Shown here in pieces: positions 27,493-40,021 of a stretch of DNA of 64,000 nucleotides. The stretch is from assembly GCA_963771175.1 (NCBI GenBank), contig CAVYSY010000006.1, positions 32,001-96,000 on the forward strand, in the 5' to 3' direction. How positions within the stretch are numbered: position 1 is the stretch's first letter; each line of letters opens with the position of its first letter. This DNA is from an uncultured delta proteobacterium (GTDB taxonomy: Bacteria > Myxococcota > Myxococcia > Myxococcales > Myxococcaceae). The translations under genes and the position numbers were made by a program. The notes beneath the pieces were generated by a model, which did not search any database, was not told the DNA's origin, and saw nothing but the letters and a program-made list of their open reading frames with translations.

Positions 27493-27801
27493 CTACTCCA
27501 GCACGCAGCCCTCTCGGGCGCTCACGAAGCGGGCCTTCCCGCCCCACAGCAGCGCCGCGGCCGTCTGCACGCTGCGCTCCTGGTAGTCCACCCGCAACGT
27601 GGCCACCGCGGGGCTCGCCGCCGTCCAGCGCCGGCAGTACTCCTCGCTCATCTCCATCACGAAGACGCAGGAGCAGAAGTCCTTCGCCGTGTACGAGGTG
27701 ACGAGCTGCAAATCATTGTTGTCATACGGCGCCTGCACCGTGTCGCCCCTCCCGCAGGAGAGGGCGGCGGCACACACCACCAGCAGGGCAAGGCGGCTCA
27801 T
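27493..27801 (-). CDS. Small lipoprotein partner of the serine hydrolase
   Basis: LSC lipobox; AKDFCSCVFV; overlaps the upstream stop. Confidence 0.75.
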   Translation of the reverse strand: MSRLALLVVCAAALSCGRGDTVQAPYDNNDLQLVTSYTAKDFCSCVFVMEMSEEYCRRWTAASPAVATLRVDYQERSVQTAAALLWGGKARFVSAREGCVLE

Positions 27802-28967
27802 GGCTGGTCCTCCACCACCGCGAGCGCCAGCTTCAGCAGGGTGTCCAGGGCGAAGCTCCCGTCCCGGTCATCCGCCGTGCGCACCACGATGAGGTCCTTC
27901 GAGGGAATCACCGTCACCGACTGGCCCCAGTGCCCGCGCGCCGCGTACGCCCCCTCGGGCGCGCTCGGCCACGGCAGCGTGTCCTGCACGCCCGGAATGG
28001 GCCGGTTGAGCCACCACTGCCAGCCCTGCACGTCCCCGGTACCCCAGTCGTACCGCTTCAGGTGGATGGGCCCGGACACCTGCGTGGACTGCGTCACCCA
28101 CCCCTCGGGCAGCACCCGCTCGCCCGCCCAGCACCCGTCATTGAGGTAGAGGAAACCCAGCTTCGCCAGGTCCCTCGGCGTGGCGTGCAGGTACGAGGAG
28201 CCCACCAGCACCCCCTTCCCATCCCGCTCCCAGGTGGCGCTCTTCATCCCCAGCACGTCGAGCAGCAGCGGCCACGCCCAGTCCTTGCCCAGCGAGGGCC
28301 GCAGCGCTCCGTCCAGCACCCCGGCCAGCAGCGTGGTGTCCCCGGACGAGTAGTTCCACGCCGTGCCCGGCTTGTCCCGCAGCGGGTGCGAGGCGATGAA
28401 GGACGGCATGTCCTGGCGACCCTCGCCGTACAGCATCGCCAGCACCGAGGAGCCCTGGTAGCCCGCCGCGTCCTCGTAGTTCTCGTGCCAGTCCAGCCCC
28501 GAGCCGAACTCCAGCAGGTTGCGCACGGTGATGGCGCAGCTCTCCTGCCGCTTCACCTTCAGGTGCTCGCAGATGGAGTCGTCCAGCGCCACCGCGCCCC
28601 GCTTCACCGCGATGCCCGTCAGCGCGCTGGTGAAGCTCTTCGACATCGACCAGGCCAGGTGCCGCTTGCTCGCGTCGAAGCCGCGCCCATAGCGCTCGTA
28701 CACCACCCGCCCGTGGTGGATGAGGAGCAGCGCGTCGGTGCGCACGCCCTTGCGCTCCTCGTCCTTCCCCTCGAGCTTGAAGGCGTAGTCCTCGATCGCC
28801 TGGATTTGCGCGGCCCTCGCCGCCGCCAGCTCCGCCTTGGACTCGGGCCAGTCCTCCGTGGGCCAGACGGGACGCGCGGGGCACTCGGCGGCGCTCGCGG
28901 GGAGCGCGGTGGACAACGCCACCGACAGCAGCGCCGGCAGGGTGAGCTTCTTGGACAGTCGTCTCAT
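27798..28967 (-). CDS. Serine hydrolase, beta-lactamase/AmpC-like family
   Basis: Signal peptide; SMSK (SxxK), YSSG and ARGHWGQ. Confidence 0.9.
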   Translation of the reverse strand: MRRLSKKLTLPALLSVALSTALPASAAECPARPVWPTEDWPESKAELAAARAAQIQAIEDYAFKLEGKDEERKGVRTDALLLIHHGRVVYERYGRGFDASKRHLAWSMSKSFTSALTGIAVKRGAVALDDSICEHLKVKRQESCAITVRNLLEFGSGLDWHENYEDAAGYQGSSVLAMLYGEGRQDMPSFIASHPLRDKPGTAWNYSSGDTTLLAGVLDGALRPSLGKDWAWPLLLDVLGMKSATWERDGKGVLVGSSYLHATPRDLAKLGFLYLNDGCWAGERVLPEGWVTQSTQVSGPIHLKRYDWGTGDVQGWQWWLNRPIPGVQDTLPWPSAPEGAYAARGHWGQSVTVIPSKDLIVVRTADDRDGSFALDTLLKLALAVVEDQP

Positions 28968-29066
28968 GGGGCTCGCCTCAGAAGGTGTAGCGCAGCACGG
29001 GCACCACCAGTGCCCTCGAAGTCGCGGTGGCCTCCGCCACGGCGCGCGGCGACTCGGGAACTCGCG

Positions 29067-29639
29067 TCAGCGTGGGCGGGGCACCGGCGCCGTCGCGCGC
29101 AACGTCAGCGTCACCGCCGTGGGCAGCACCAGCGCCTCCACCAGCGTGAAGAGCGCCGCGTCCCCCAGCCTGTCCACCGTGGCCCCCAGCAGCACCGCCC
29201 CCGTCACCGCCAGCACGTGCACCCCGAGCGCCACCCACACCGCCGGCTGGAAGCGCACGCTCCCGGGCCGCAGCGCGTTGCCCAGCAGCCACTGCGCCCC
29301 CGTCACCGCCAGCGGCGGCAGCGCCAGCAACAGCACCATCGCCGGAGCCGCCGCCAGCACCAGGTTGCTCGACAGCGAGCCCACCCACGCGCTCAGCGCC
29401 AGCGTCGCCGGCACCGCCACCACCGCCGCCCCCGCTCCCGTCGCCAGCTCCAGCGCCATCCACCGCATCGGGTTGTCCGCCATCATCCCCGCCGCGGGTT
29501 GCTCGGGCAGCAACCGCGCCGACTCCGGCGCCGCACGAGCCGTCCAGGGCACCACCAGGAGGACGAGAGTCAGGGCCAGGGCCACGCCGGGGCTCCCGCC
29601 CCCTCCGGCCCGCCGCGCATCCGCACGCACGAGGAACAT
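29067..29639 (-). CDS. Hypothetical membrane protein
   Basis: 4-5 hydrophobic segments; GC3-rich codons. Confidence 0.6.
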   Translation of the reverse strand: MFLVRADARRAGGGGSPGVALALTLVLLVVPWTARAAPESARLLPEQPAAGMMADNPMRWMALELATGAGAAVVAVPATLALSAWVGSLSSNLVLAAAPAMVLLLALPPLAVTGAQWLLGNALRPGSVRFQPAVWVALGVHVLAVTGAVLLGATVDRLGDAALFTLVEALVLPTAVTLTLRATAPVPRPR

Positions 29640-29711
29640 GGGCCGATGTCATATCACCGACACACTCCGCCCGCGCTCGGGGTAGGGGGCTCTTTCCGTT
29701 ATTCCCAGGCC

Positions 29712-31450
29712 ATGCAAGCGTGGAACGCCACCTCGTGCCTGATTCGAAGCACATCCTCCAACGCTGGCATCCGCTCGCGCGGCTGGCCCTGTTCGCCCTC
29801 GCGTACGGCGCGCAGCACCTGCGCGGGCACTGCGGCTCACCTCCCCGGGCGAGCACATCTCCGCCATGTGGCCCGCCAGCGGCGTGGCGCTCGCCGCCCT
29901 GCTGCTGTCCCGCTTCCGCGACTGGCCCGCCCTCCTCCTGGTGGCCCTCGTGGTGAAGCCGCTCGGCTACGCGCCGGGCCAGGTGCCCTCGCTCCTCGAC
30001 ATCGCCTTCTCCGCCGCCAACGTCCTGGAGGCGCTCACCGGGGCCTGGCTCCTGCGCCGCTACGTCGGCTTCCGTCCCACCCTGGAGCGGGTGCGGGACG
30101 TGCTCGGCGCTCGGGGCGGTGGGAGCCCTGCTGAGCCCCGTGCTCAGCGCCACCCCGACCATCACCCTGCTGGCCCTCCTCGGGAAGGTGGACCTGGCCA
30201 ACTGGGCGAGCCACTGGCGGGTGTACTGGGTGGGCAACGCCATGGGCGTGCTGCTGGTGGCCCCCGCCCTCCTCTCGTGGGCCACGGGGGGCCGCGAGGG
30301 CTGGAGTCGCGCGCGCCAGGGGGAGCTCGCGGCGCTGCTGGGGACGCTGGTGCTCACCATGCACCTGGCCTTCCTGGACCCCCCTCGACGCCGACATCTA
30401 CCACCCCGTCAGCTACCTCGCCCTGCCCTTCATCCTCTGGGCGGCCCTGCGCTTCGAGTCCCGGGGCACCGCCGCGGCCCTGCTCGCGCTGGCCTCCGTC
30501 GTCATCCTCCATACCCTGCAGGGCCATGGGCCCTTCGCCATGGGCCTGTCCGGCACCGGCGCCTCCGGCGAGCGCGCTCATCTTCCTCCAGGCCTTCCTC
30601 GCCGCGCTGGCCAGCTCGGGACTGCTGCTGGCCGCCGCCCTCGGCGAGCGCCGGCATGCCCAGGAGAAGGTCTCCAACCTCAACCGCGAGCTGCGCCAGT
30701 CCCTCGCCGAGCTCGCCGCCGCCCAGCAGGCGCTGGTGCGCCGCGAGCGTCTGGCCGCGCTCGGCGAGATGTCCGTCAGCGTCGCCCACGAGGTGCGCAA
30801 CCCCCTGGCCGCCATCGCCAACTCGGTGGCCGCGCTCACCCGCCTCGCCCGCCCCGAGGACAACAGCACCGCCTGGGAGCTGCTCAGCATCATGGGCGAG
30901 GAGGTCGCCCGGTTGGACCAGCTCGTCCACGGGCTGCTGGACTTCGCCCGGCCCCAGGAGCCGCGCCTGCTGGCCCAGCCGCTCGGCTCCGTGGTGGAGG
31001 GCGCGCTGACGGGCCGCGCTGCGCTCCGTGCCGGGCTCGTCCCAGGTGCGGGTGATGCGCGCGGTGGAGCCGGAGCTGCCCGACTGCCCGCTGGACGCGC
31101 AGTTGCTGCACCTCGCGCTCGGCAACCTCTTCACCAACGCCCTGCAGGCCATGCCCCAGGGCGGCTCGCTCCACGTGGAGCTGCGCCGCGAGGTGCACGA
31201 CGGCCAGCCCCTGGCCTGCCTCGCCATCACCGACTCCGGCCCGGGCATTCCCCCGGAGGTGCTGGCGCGCGTCTTCGAGCCCTTCTACACCACCAAGGCC
31301 GCCGGCATCGGCCTGGGGCTCGCCATCGTGCGCCGCATCGTCGACGCGCACCAGGGCGAGGTGCGGGTCCTCAGCACCATGGGACAGGGGACCCGCGTCG
31401 TCGTCCACCTGCCCCTGGGCAAGGCCCCGCGCGCCTCCTCGGCGGCCTGA
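29712..31450 (+). CDS. MASE1-domain sensor histidine kinase (multiple frameshifts; start approximate)
   Basis: WPASG, NVLEAL and WVGNAMG; HEVRNPL; DSGPG, FEPFYTTK and GLGL. Confidence 0.85.
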
Positions 31451-31456
31451 CTCCCC

Positions 31457-31945
31457 TCAGAACGGGATGGAGTCGTCGTCGGTGCCGCCACCGCTGAAGT
31501 CGTCGTCCCCGTGCGGAGGCGGCTCGTTGTCCGAGCCCCCGTCCCCGCCGCGCTGACGGGCAATCTCCGCCTCGATGGCCGCCAGCAGCGCGCGCTCCCG
31601 GTCGTGCCAGCGAGACTTGCTCGGGTCGCCCAGCGAGCGCCGCGCGCCGTTCGCGTAGTACTCGAGGTCCCCCATGCTCGCGCCCCGGATGGGGCCGCCC
31701 TTGCTGCGGCCGTAGTTGGGGAACACCTCGCCGCCCCCACCACCGCCGCCACCACCACCACCGGACGAGGCCGCACGCCTCGGCGCGGCCGCCGCCGCCG
31801 CGTCGGGCGTCGAGCCGATGCTCATCTCGCCCAGCTTCAGCGAGAACCCGTCCCCGTTGCGGAACGCCGTCCCCACCCGCACCTGCTCCACGCGCCCGTC
31901 CGGGCGCCGCACTGCCACCGTCACCGGATAACCCTGTTCACTCAT
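31457..31945 (-). CDS. Hypothetical protein with Gly linker and SSB-like acidic C-terminus (DDDSIPF)
   Basis: ORF translation. Confidence 0.8.
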   Translation of the reverse strand: MSEQGYPVTVAVRRPDGRVEQVRVGTAFRNGDGFSLKLGEMSIGSTPDAAAAAAPRRAASSGGGGGGGGGGGEVFPNYGRSKGGPIRGASMGDLEYYANGARRSLGDPSKSRWHDRERALLAAIEAEIARQRGGDGGSDNEPPPHGDDDFSGGGTDDDSIPF

Positions 31946-32139
31946 GCCCGCCGGAAATCACTCCCGGTTCGCACTGTCAACGACTCCTCGGGGCGGGGGT
32001 ACACGAGCCAACCCGCCCGCCGGGCGGGCGAGCGCCCCGGGCGGCTCGAGCCCTGGACTCGGGTGCGAGGGCAGACCCCCGCCCAGACCCGCCCCCAACG
32101 AGGAGCGGGGAGTCCCGGGAAAGCCACCCGAGGAGCAGC

Positions 32140-32731
32140 TCAGCGCAGCTCGACGCGCTCCTTGCCACCCTTCTTCCGCACCCAGGCCTTCGGCTTCGGC
32201 GGCACCGCCGGCTCCGGCCTCCTGGGCGTGGTCTCCGCGAGGGCCTTCGACGCCGCCCGGCCTCGGGGCAACACCACCTCGGAAACCGACTGAGGCTCCG
32301 CGTCGTCCTTCCAGGCCTTCGGCCGCCGGTCCGTCTTCACCAGCAACCGCAGCTTCTGGTAGTGCGCCGAGCAGTACCCCTTCGAGCGCGCCGGACGCTT
32401 GCAACCGATGACCGCGCACTTGCGCCCCCGTGCCTCCGCGACGGGGGGGGCCGCCGGACGGCCCCTCGGCGCCGGCACCACCGCCGCGGCCTCGGCCTGG
32501 CGCCCACGGGCCGCGCACGCGCCCCGCGGGCACCGGAACCGCCACGCCCGGCAGGGGTAGCTGCAGCGAACCCATCCGCGAGGCCAGTGGCGCCAGGCGA
32601 TGGATGACGTCCGCCAGCTCCTCGAGCACATCCAGACTCTGGCTCATGCGCGCGACGGCCTTGTGCATGGGCGCCAGCCGGGTCCGTAGCTCCGCCTGGA
32701 CCATCTCCCGCAACGGTTTCTCAATCGACAT
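32140..32731 (-). CDS. Myxobacterial Cys/His (C-x4-C...C-x2-H) basic protein (frameshift around 32500-32570)
   Basis: N-terminus [12 protein letters not shown]-terminal CAVIGC...GYCSAHYQK in another frame. Confidence 0.7.
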
Positions 32732-32920
32732 GCTCGCACCATATGCCACCCCGGGGCCCACACCGCCAGTCCCACCGACACCCGCCCCCCTCGCTCTGTC
32801 GACCCGCTCACGCCGCCCCCCAGCGTCCACCGCCGCGCACCGGCTGCGAAATGCTGCGGCGCTCCCGTCCCGCTTGGGGCATGGTGCGCGCCGACCGCTG
32901 GGCACCAAGGAATCCGAGAC

Positions 32921-34976
<2,056 letters not shown>

Positions 34977-35058
34977 CGCCGTGCATGTGAGGTGAGGGTC
35001 TTCCCTGGTTCATCTGAACAGGTGGACGGGGAAGGCCCGAACCGAACCGAGGAGAGCC

Positions 35059-36186
35059 ATGGGATTCACGTTGCAGGTCGACAACTACCGAGCGCTCCGG
35101 AAGGTGCGCTGGAGTCCCTCGGGGGTCTGCGCCATCACCGGACCGAATGGCGCAGGCAAGACGACCCTGCTGTCGGCCATCGAGTTCCTCCGGCACTTCC
35201 TCGAGCGGGGTACTCAAGCGGCTGTCGACTTCTCGGGTGGAACCGCGAACATCAAGCACCAGCATGCGGCGCCAGATGAGTTCATCCGACTCGAGCTGTC
35301 CCAAGGAGATTGCCTTTGGATTGTTGGAGCAAACCTCAAGCCACCTTCGCTTGAGCTTGAGGACAATGTGCGGGTCAAGAAGGAGACTGTCGCCTACCAG
35401 GCTCCCTCCCTGGGTATTGCACACGTCTTGGGCCAGGAGCTGGCTGTTTCAGGAGATTCCATCTTCACCCACGCCATGAGCCTGCTGCCTCTTGCCCACC
35501 GAGAGGCACTCAAAGGTCTTCATGGGCTCGCGTCGAACTTCCGCCTGTATCAGAACCTCCAACACTGGAGCCTGCGCACCACCGGCTCACCCGCCACCAC
35601 GGACCTGTATCTCCATTCAGATGGGCGCAATGCCTTCTCCCTGTTGCGCAACTGGAAGGCAGGACGGAAGGAGCATGAGGAGCGATGGCTCTTCGTCCGC
35701 AATGGGCTGCGTGAGTGCTTCCCAGAGCTCTTCGAGGACATCGAGTTCCTCGTGGCCGGGCAGACCGTCACGGTCCAGTTCTTCTTCCGGGGTCTCCGCG
35801 AGCCGATCGCTACCTACTCGGCGCCACACGGTCTGCTCGTCGCCCTGCTCCATCTGTGTGCCATTGCCTCAGCGCCTGACGGTGGTGCCGTGGCCATCGA
35901 CGAACCGGAGAACGGGCTGCACCCTTATGCCATCCGGACGCTGATGGACCTGGCGAGGGCCCGCGCCGCGGCGAAGGACCTGACCATCCTCCTCGCGACG
36001 CACTCCCCGGTGGTGCTCAACACCTTCAACACCGAGCCCGAGCACGTCTACATCATGGAGCCCGGCCACGAGGTCCTCCCCGTGGCGCTCAGCGAGCACA
36101 GCAATCCGGAGTGGCTCGCGCACTTCTCACTCGGGGACCTCTACAGCGATCAGTCCTTCGGAGCACAGAGGCGTCCCCCCCAGTGA
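35059..36186 (+). CDS. AAA_21/AAA_15-type ABC ATPase
   Basis: GPNGAGKT, IDEPENGLHP and THSP. Confidence 0.9.
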   Translation: MGFTLQVDNYRALRKVRWSPSGVCAITGPNGAGKTTLLSAIEFLRHFLERGTQAAVDFSGGTANIKHQHAAPDEFIRLELSQGDCLWIVGANLKPPSLELEDNVRVKKETVAYQAPSLGIAHVLGQELAVSGDSIFTHAMSLLPLAHREALKGLHGLASNFRLYQNLQHWSLRTTGSPATTDLYLHSDGRNAFSLLRNWKAGRKEHEERWLFVRNGLRECFPELFEDIEFLVAGQTVTVQFFFRGLREPIATYSAPHGLLVALLHLCAIASAPDGGAVAIDEPENGLHPYAIRTLMDLARARAAAKDLTILLATHSPVVLNTFNTEPEHVYIMEPGHEVLPVALSEHSNPEWLAHFSLGDLYSDQSFGAQRRPPQ

Positions 36187-37042
36187 GCGTCCGGGTTCAG
36201 CTCATCGTCACGGGAGAGCTCGAACGCCTTGGCCTGCACCTCTCCCTACGGAAGCTCTTCGCATCCACTGAAGCGGAGGTGGAATTCCTCCCTCCGTTGA
36301 AGACGCAGGACTTCACGTCCAATCGCGTCGGAGCAGTGCTGCCCATGGAGCTGGCATTCAAATCGCTTGCCGGGAAGCTCGCGGGTGCGCTGGTGAGCAC
36401 GGTGTACCCCGGCCGGGGCGGCACGCTGCAGGCGGACCACGTCATCGCGGTGGATGACTGGAGCTGGTCAACGCGGACCAACCCGGGCACGTCCTGGAGT
36501 ACTTCCGCCACGCCGTGAGGGCTCACGTCGACAGCACCTTCCCCACAGCGGCCACTCGCGAACGGGTGTACCAGGCGCTCGCCGAGCGCGGCTCGTTCCA
36601 CCTGCTCGCCCCGATGGTCGAGTCCTACTTCTTCGGAGAGGCGGCCGCGCTCGAACGGGCCAAGGCCTCCCGGGCCCCCAACCAGTTCGACACGGCTCGC
36701 GACCTCGAGGACTTCGAGGTGGATGACCCGGCCTATCTGGCACCAGCGCCCTCCAACGCGCCCTGGAAGACCGAACCGCGCCACCGCCACCCGAAGAACT
36801 ACGTCCGGTATCTCTGCGATCCAACGGGCACTCAACTGCGCGCCTATCGCGAGACGCACGAGGGGCTCGATGCCCTCCAAGCACTCGACTGGACAGCGGT
36901 CCTCCGCAACGAAGTGCACGCGGCCTTCGCACGAGCGCTCGTTGACGATGTCGCCGATGCGTTGAACGTTCCCTCGCCGTGTCCTGGCATCTGCTCGCCG
37001 CTGACCGCTCGCAAGGGAGACGGCCTGCTACGGAACATTTGA
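36183..37042 (+). CDS. DUF4276/TOPRIM-like partner protein (1-nt frameshift near 36458)
   Basis: GTGA overlap with the ATPase; LIVTGELE, AVDD(L)E, MVESYF and HPK motifs. Confidence 0.7.
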
Positions 37043-37084
37043 TGCGGTTGACGTCGCTCGGCCCACTGGGGCACGAGGCGCTCC

Positions 37085-37709
37085 ATGTACATCCCCCGCC
37101 ACTTCCACGAGCAGGACACCAAGCAGCTCTTCTCGCTCATGGAGCGCTTCGGCTTCGCCACGCTGGTGACGACCGAGGCCGGCGTGCCCTTCGCCACCCA
37201 CGTGCCCCTGCTCGCCGAGCGCCACCCCGTGCACGGTGACAGGCTGCTGGGCCACATGGCCCGCGCCAACCCGCAGTGGCGCGCCTTCCCGGAGACGCGC
37301 GAGGCACTCGCCATCTTCCACGGGCCGCACGCCTACGTGTCCCCCACCTGGTACGCGACGCGGCCCAACGTGCCCACGTGGAACTACGCCGTCGTCCACG
37401 CCTACGGCTCGCCCCGCGTCATCGAGGAGCCCGCCGAGGTGCTGCGCATCCGCGGAGTCCTCGGCGAAGTACGAGTCCGGCTCCGCCTCGCCCTGGAGCC
37501 CCGAGCAGGCCGAGGACCACGTCCGCAAGCTCACCGCCGGCATCGTCGCCTTCGAGCTCCGCCTCACCCGGCTCGAGGGCAAGTTCAAGCTGAGCCAGAA
37601 CCGCACCGAGGAGGACCGGCGCGGCGTCCTCGAGGCCCTGGAACGGAGCACCTCGCCGGACGACCAGGCGCTGGCCGAGCTCATGCGGTCCCGCGAGCCC
37701 CGCCCGTAA
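37085..37709 (+). CDS. paiB: FMN-binding negative transcriptional regulator PaiB (frameshift near 37450)
   Basis: MYIP, GHMARANPQW, HAYVSP, VPTWNY and KLSQNR. Confidence 0.9.
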
Positions 37710-37850
37710 GCCCCCGGCAACAGGCCCTTTTCCCTCCGCCTCGCGCTCCGTCGTGGAGCGGCCTGACAGTCAAGCCCCCGCTGCACGACGCGGGAAGACG
37801 CCTCAGCTTCCCGGCCGCAACCGCATCACGGCAAAGGGAGGGAAGACATC

Positions 37851-38294
37851 ATGACCAGGACGAAGCTTCTGCTGACGGGCCTTCTCGCGGGCGCGGTGGC
37901 GTTCGGCACGGCGTGCAAGACGGACAAGGGCAACACGAACACCGGCACCAGTACCGACACCACGAACACCGGCCCCGGTACCGACACCACCATGACCACG
38001 GATGCCGGCACGGGCGGCGCGGGCTACGACACCCCGGACCGCAGCCGTCAGGACGTCAACCAGGAGCCCCAGGAGGGCACGCGCGAGCTGGAGCCGGGCG
38101 TCCACGAGGGCCACACCATTGAAGAGCCCTTTGACGAGCCCGGCACCGGCGGCACGGGCCTCGATGAGGAGCCCATCGACAGGACCGACAGCCTGGGCGA
38201 GGAGACCGGCGAGGAGCCGCTCAACCCCGGCGCCCCGGCCAACACGGAAGACCCGATGCAGCGTGACGAGGACCTGCTCGAGCCGGAGCAGTAG
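37851..38294 (+). CDS. Acidic low-complexity lipoprotein
   Basis: GTAC lipobox; GGAGG RBS. Confidence 0.75.
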   Translation: MTRTKLLLTGLLAGAVAFGTACKTDKGNTNTGTSTDTTNTGPGTDTTMTTDAGTGGAGYDTPDRSRQDVNQEPQEGTRELEPGVHEGHTIEEPFDEPGTGGTGLDEEPIDRTDSLGEETGEEPLNPGAPANTEDPMQRDEDLLEPEQ

Positions 38295-38358
38295 ACCCCG
38301 CGAGGGCAGTCCCTGACGGGCTCACGCGCAAGGTCCGCGCATCGGCCTCGCTGCTCTC

Positions 38359-38432
38359 GACCTCCTGGGCGCGCGCTGCGAAAACCTGTCCGACAGTCGG
38401 ACAGGTTTTTCAAAAGCGCGCCCGGGAGGTCG
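38359..38432. repeat. REP-like palindrome (core AAAACCTGTCCGACAGTCGGACAGGTTTT at 38381-38409, with outer arms)
   Basis: Perfect 14-1-14 palindrome; outer arms CGACCTCCTGGGCGCGC / GCGCGCCCGGGAGGTCG; lies between convergent genes. Confidence 0.85.
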
Positions 38433-38488
38433 GCATCACCTCGGGAGGAATCGGACCACGGACGAGAGGCTCGTGGGCCGAGCCGTTC

Positions 38489-39124
38489 TCAAGGCGTCGC
38501 GGGCGCGGCCTGCTCGCTGGCGGGCGCGGGCGCGGCGGCCTCGGCCGGCACCGGCGGCGCGGCCTGGGCTGCCTCGGCCTCGGCGGCCCGACGCTTCTCG
38601 GCCTGCGCCTTGAGGTTGTCCAGGCCCGTCTGGAAGTGCTCGCCGAGCATCTTCTCGATGAACCCGACTCCGTACCCTCCCAGCACAGGAGGCAGCAGGC
38701 CCTCGTCCACCCACGTCACCTTGGTGCCGCCGCCCTCCTGGGTCCACGTGAGCGAGCCGTGCGCGTTGACCTCCGTGTCCGTCTCGATCATCTCGTCGAC
38801 CCAGACGCCCGAGGCCACGTCGCTCTTGGTGATGGTCATCTTCCCGTGCCCCATCTTCGGGCCATTCCAGGACCACCACCCGCCCACGCCGGAGGCCGGA
38901 CCGCCGTACTCGTACTTCACCTCGGGGTCCATCTTGTTGTTCCACGCGGCCCAGGACTGCCAGGCCTTGAGCTCGTTGACGAGCGGGTGGATGTGCTCGG
39001 GCGCGGCGTTGATGACCACCGAGCGCTCGACGTGCCACGTGCGGGGAAGGAACAGCCCCACGACGACCAGCACCGCCACGAGCCCCACGAGCCCGAGCCC
39101 CACGACCTTCAGAACGCGCTTCAT
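38489..39124 (-). CDS. SRPBCC (polyketide cyclase/START-like) family protein
   Basis: VERSVVINA, W..W..W and GLDNLK motifs. Confidence 0.88.
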   Translation of the reverse strand: MKRVLKVVGLGLVGLVAVLVVVGLFLPRTWHVERSVVINAAPEHIHPLVNELKAWQSWAAWNNKMDPEVKYEYGGPASGVGGWWSWNGPKMGHGKMTITKSDVASGVWVDEMIETDTEVNAHGSLTWTQEGGGTKVTWVDEGLLPPVLGGYGVGFIEKMLGEHFQTGLDNLKAQAEKRRAAEAEAAQAAPPVPAEAAAPAPASEQAAPATP

Positions 39125-39144
39125 GAATCTCCCCTGCAATCAGG

Positions 39145-40021
39145 TTACGGCCAAGGCGCGGCACTATATGCCGAGGCCTGCTGGCGCCAGAGTTCACGCG
39201 CCTCGTCCACGCCGACCGCCTGGAACTTCACGGGCATTCCGGGCCGGCGAGCCGCCAGACGCCCCCAGTCCGCCCGGATGACCACCGCGACCACCGGGTA
39301 GCCCCCGATGGTGGGATGGTCCGGCCCGAGCACGATGGGCTCGCCCGAGGACGGCACCTGAATGGCACCGCGCACCATGGGCGCGGACAGCTCCCGAGCC
39401 CGTGTCCGTCTGGGGCAGCATCGGCCCGCGCAGCCGCATGCCCACGCGGTCGCTCGCGGGAGACACGGTGAAGGTGTTCCCCAGCAGCACCTCCTCCACG
39501 CCCGAGCCGAAGCGCGCCACGTCCGGCCCCAGCACCACGCGCACCTCGGATGCCAGTGACAGCTCGGCGCGCACCTCCACCCGGGCGCCACCTCCCGCTC
39601 CGAGCGGCAGCACGTCTCCGCGCTTCAACGCCCGACCCTCGTGGCCTCCGAGCCGCGCCACCAGCAGCGTGCCTCGTCCCCCGAGCACCTCGGGCACGGC
39701 GAGCCCTCCCTCCACCGCCACGTAGCGCACCGAGGCCGACTTCGGCGCGGGCACCGGGATGAGCCCACCGTCCTCCACCTGGAAGACCTGGCCGTCCACC
39801 GACACCCACGCGCTCCGCCCGTGCAGCCGCAGCACCAACCGGCCGTAACACTCCAGCGCCGCCGAGCCCCACGCGTTGCCCACCGCGCGGTTGCCCGCGG
39901 CCAGCCACTCGGGAACCAGCGCGCCCCCGGGAGGCACACCGTGGTGCATGCGACCCGCGCGACCTCCGTCCTGCACCAGCACCGGCCCATGGACCTCCAG
40001 CACCTCCAGCCACGCGTCCAT
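39145..40021 (-). CDS. pxpC: 5-oxoprolinase subunit C / carboxyltransferase (frameshift near 39395)
   Basis: VQDGGR, SDRVGMRL, GAIQVP and TIGGYP. Confidence 0.88.
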
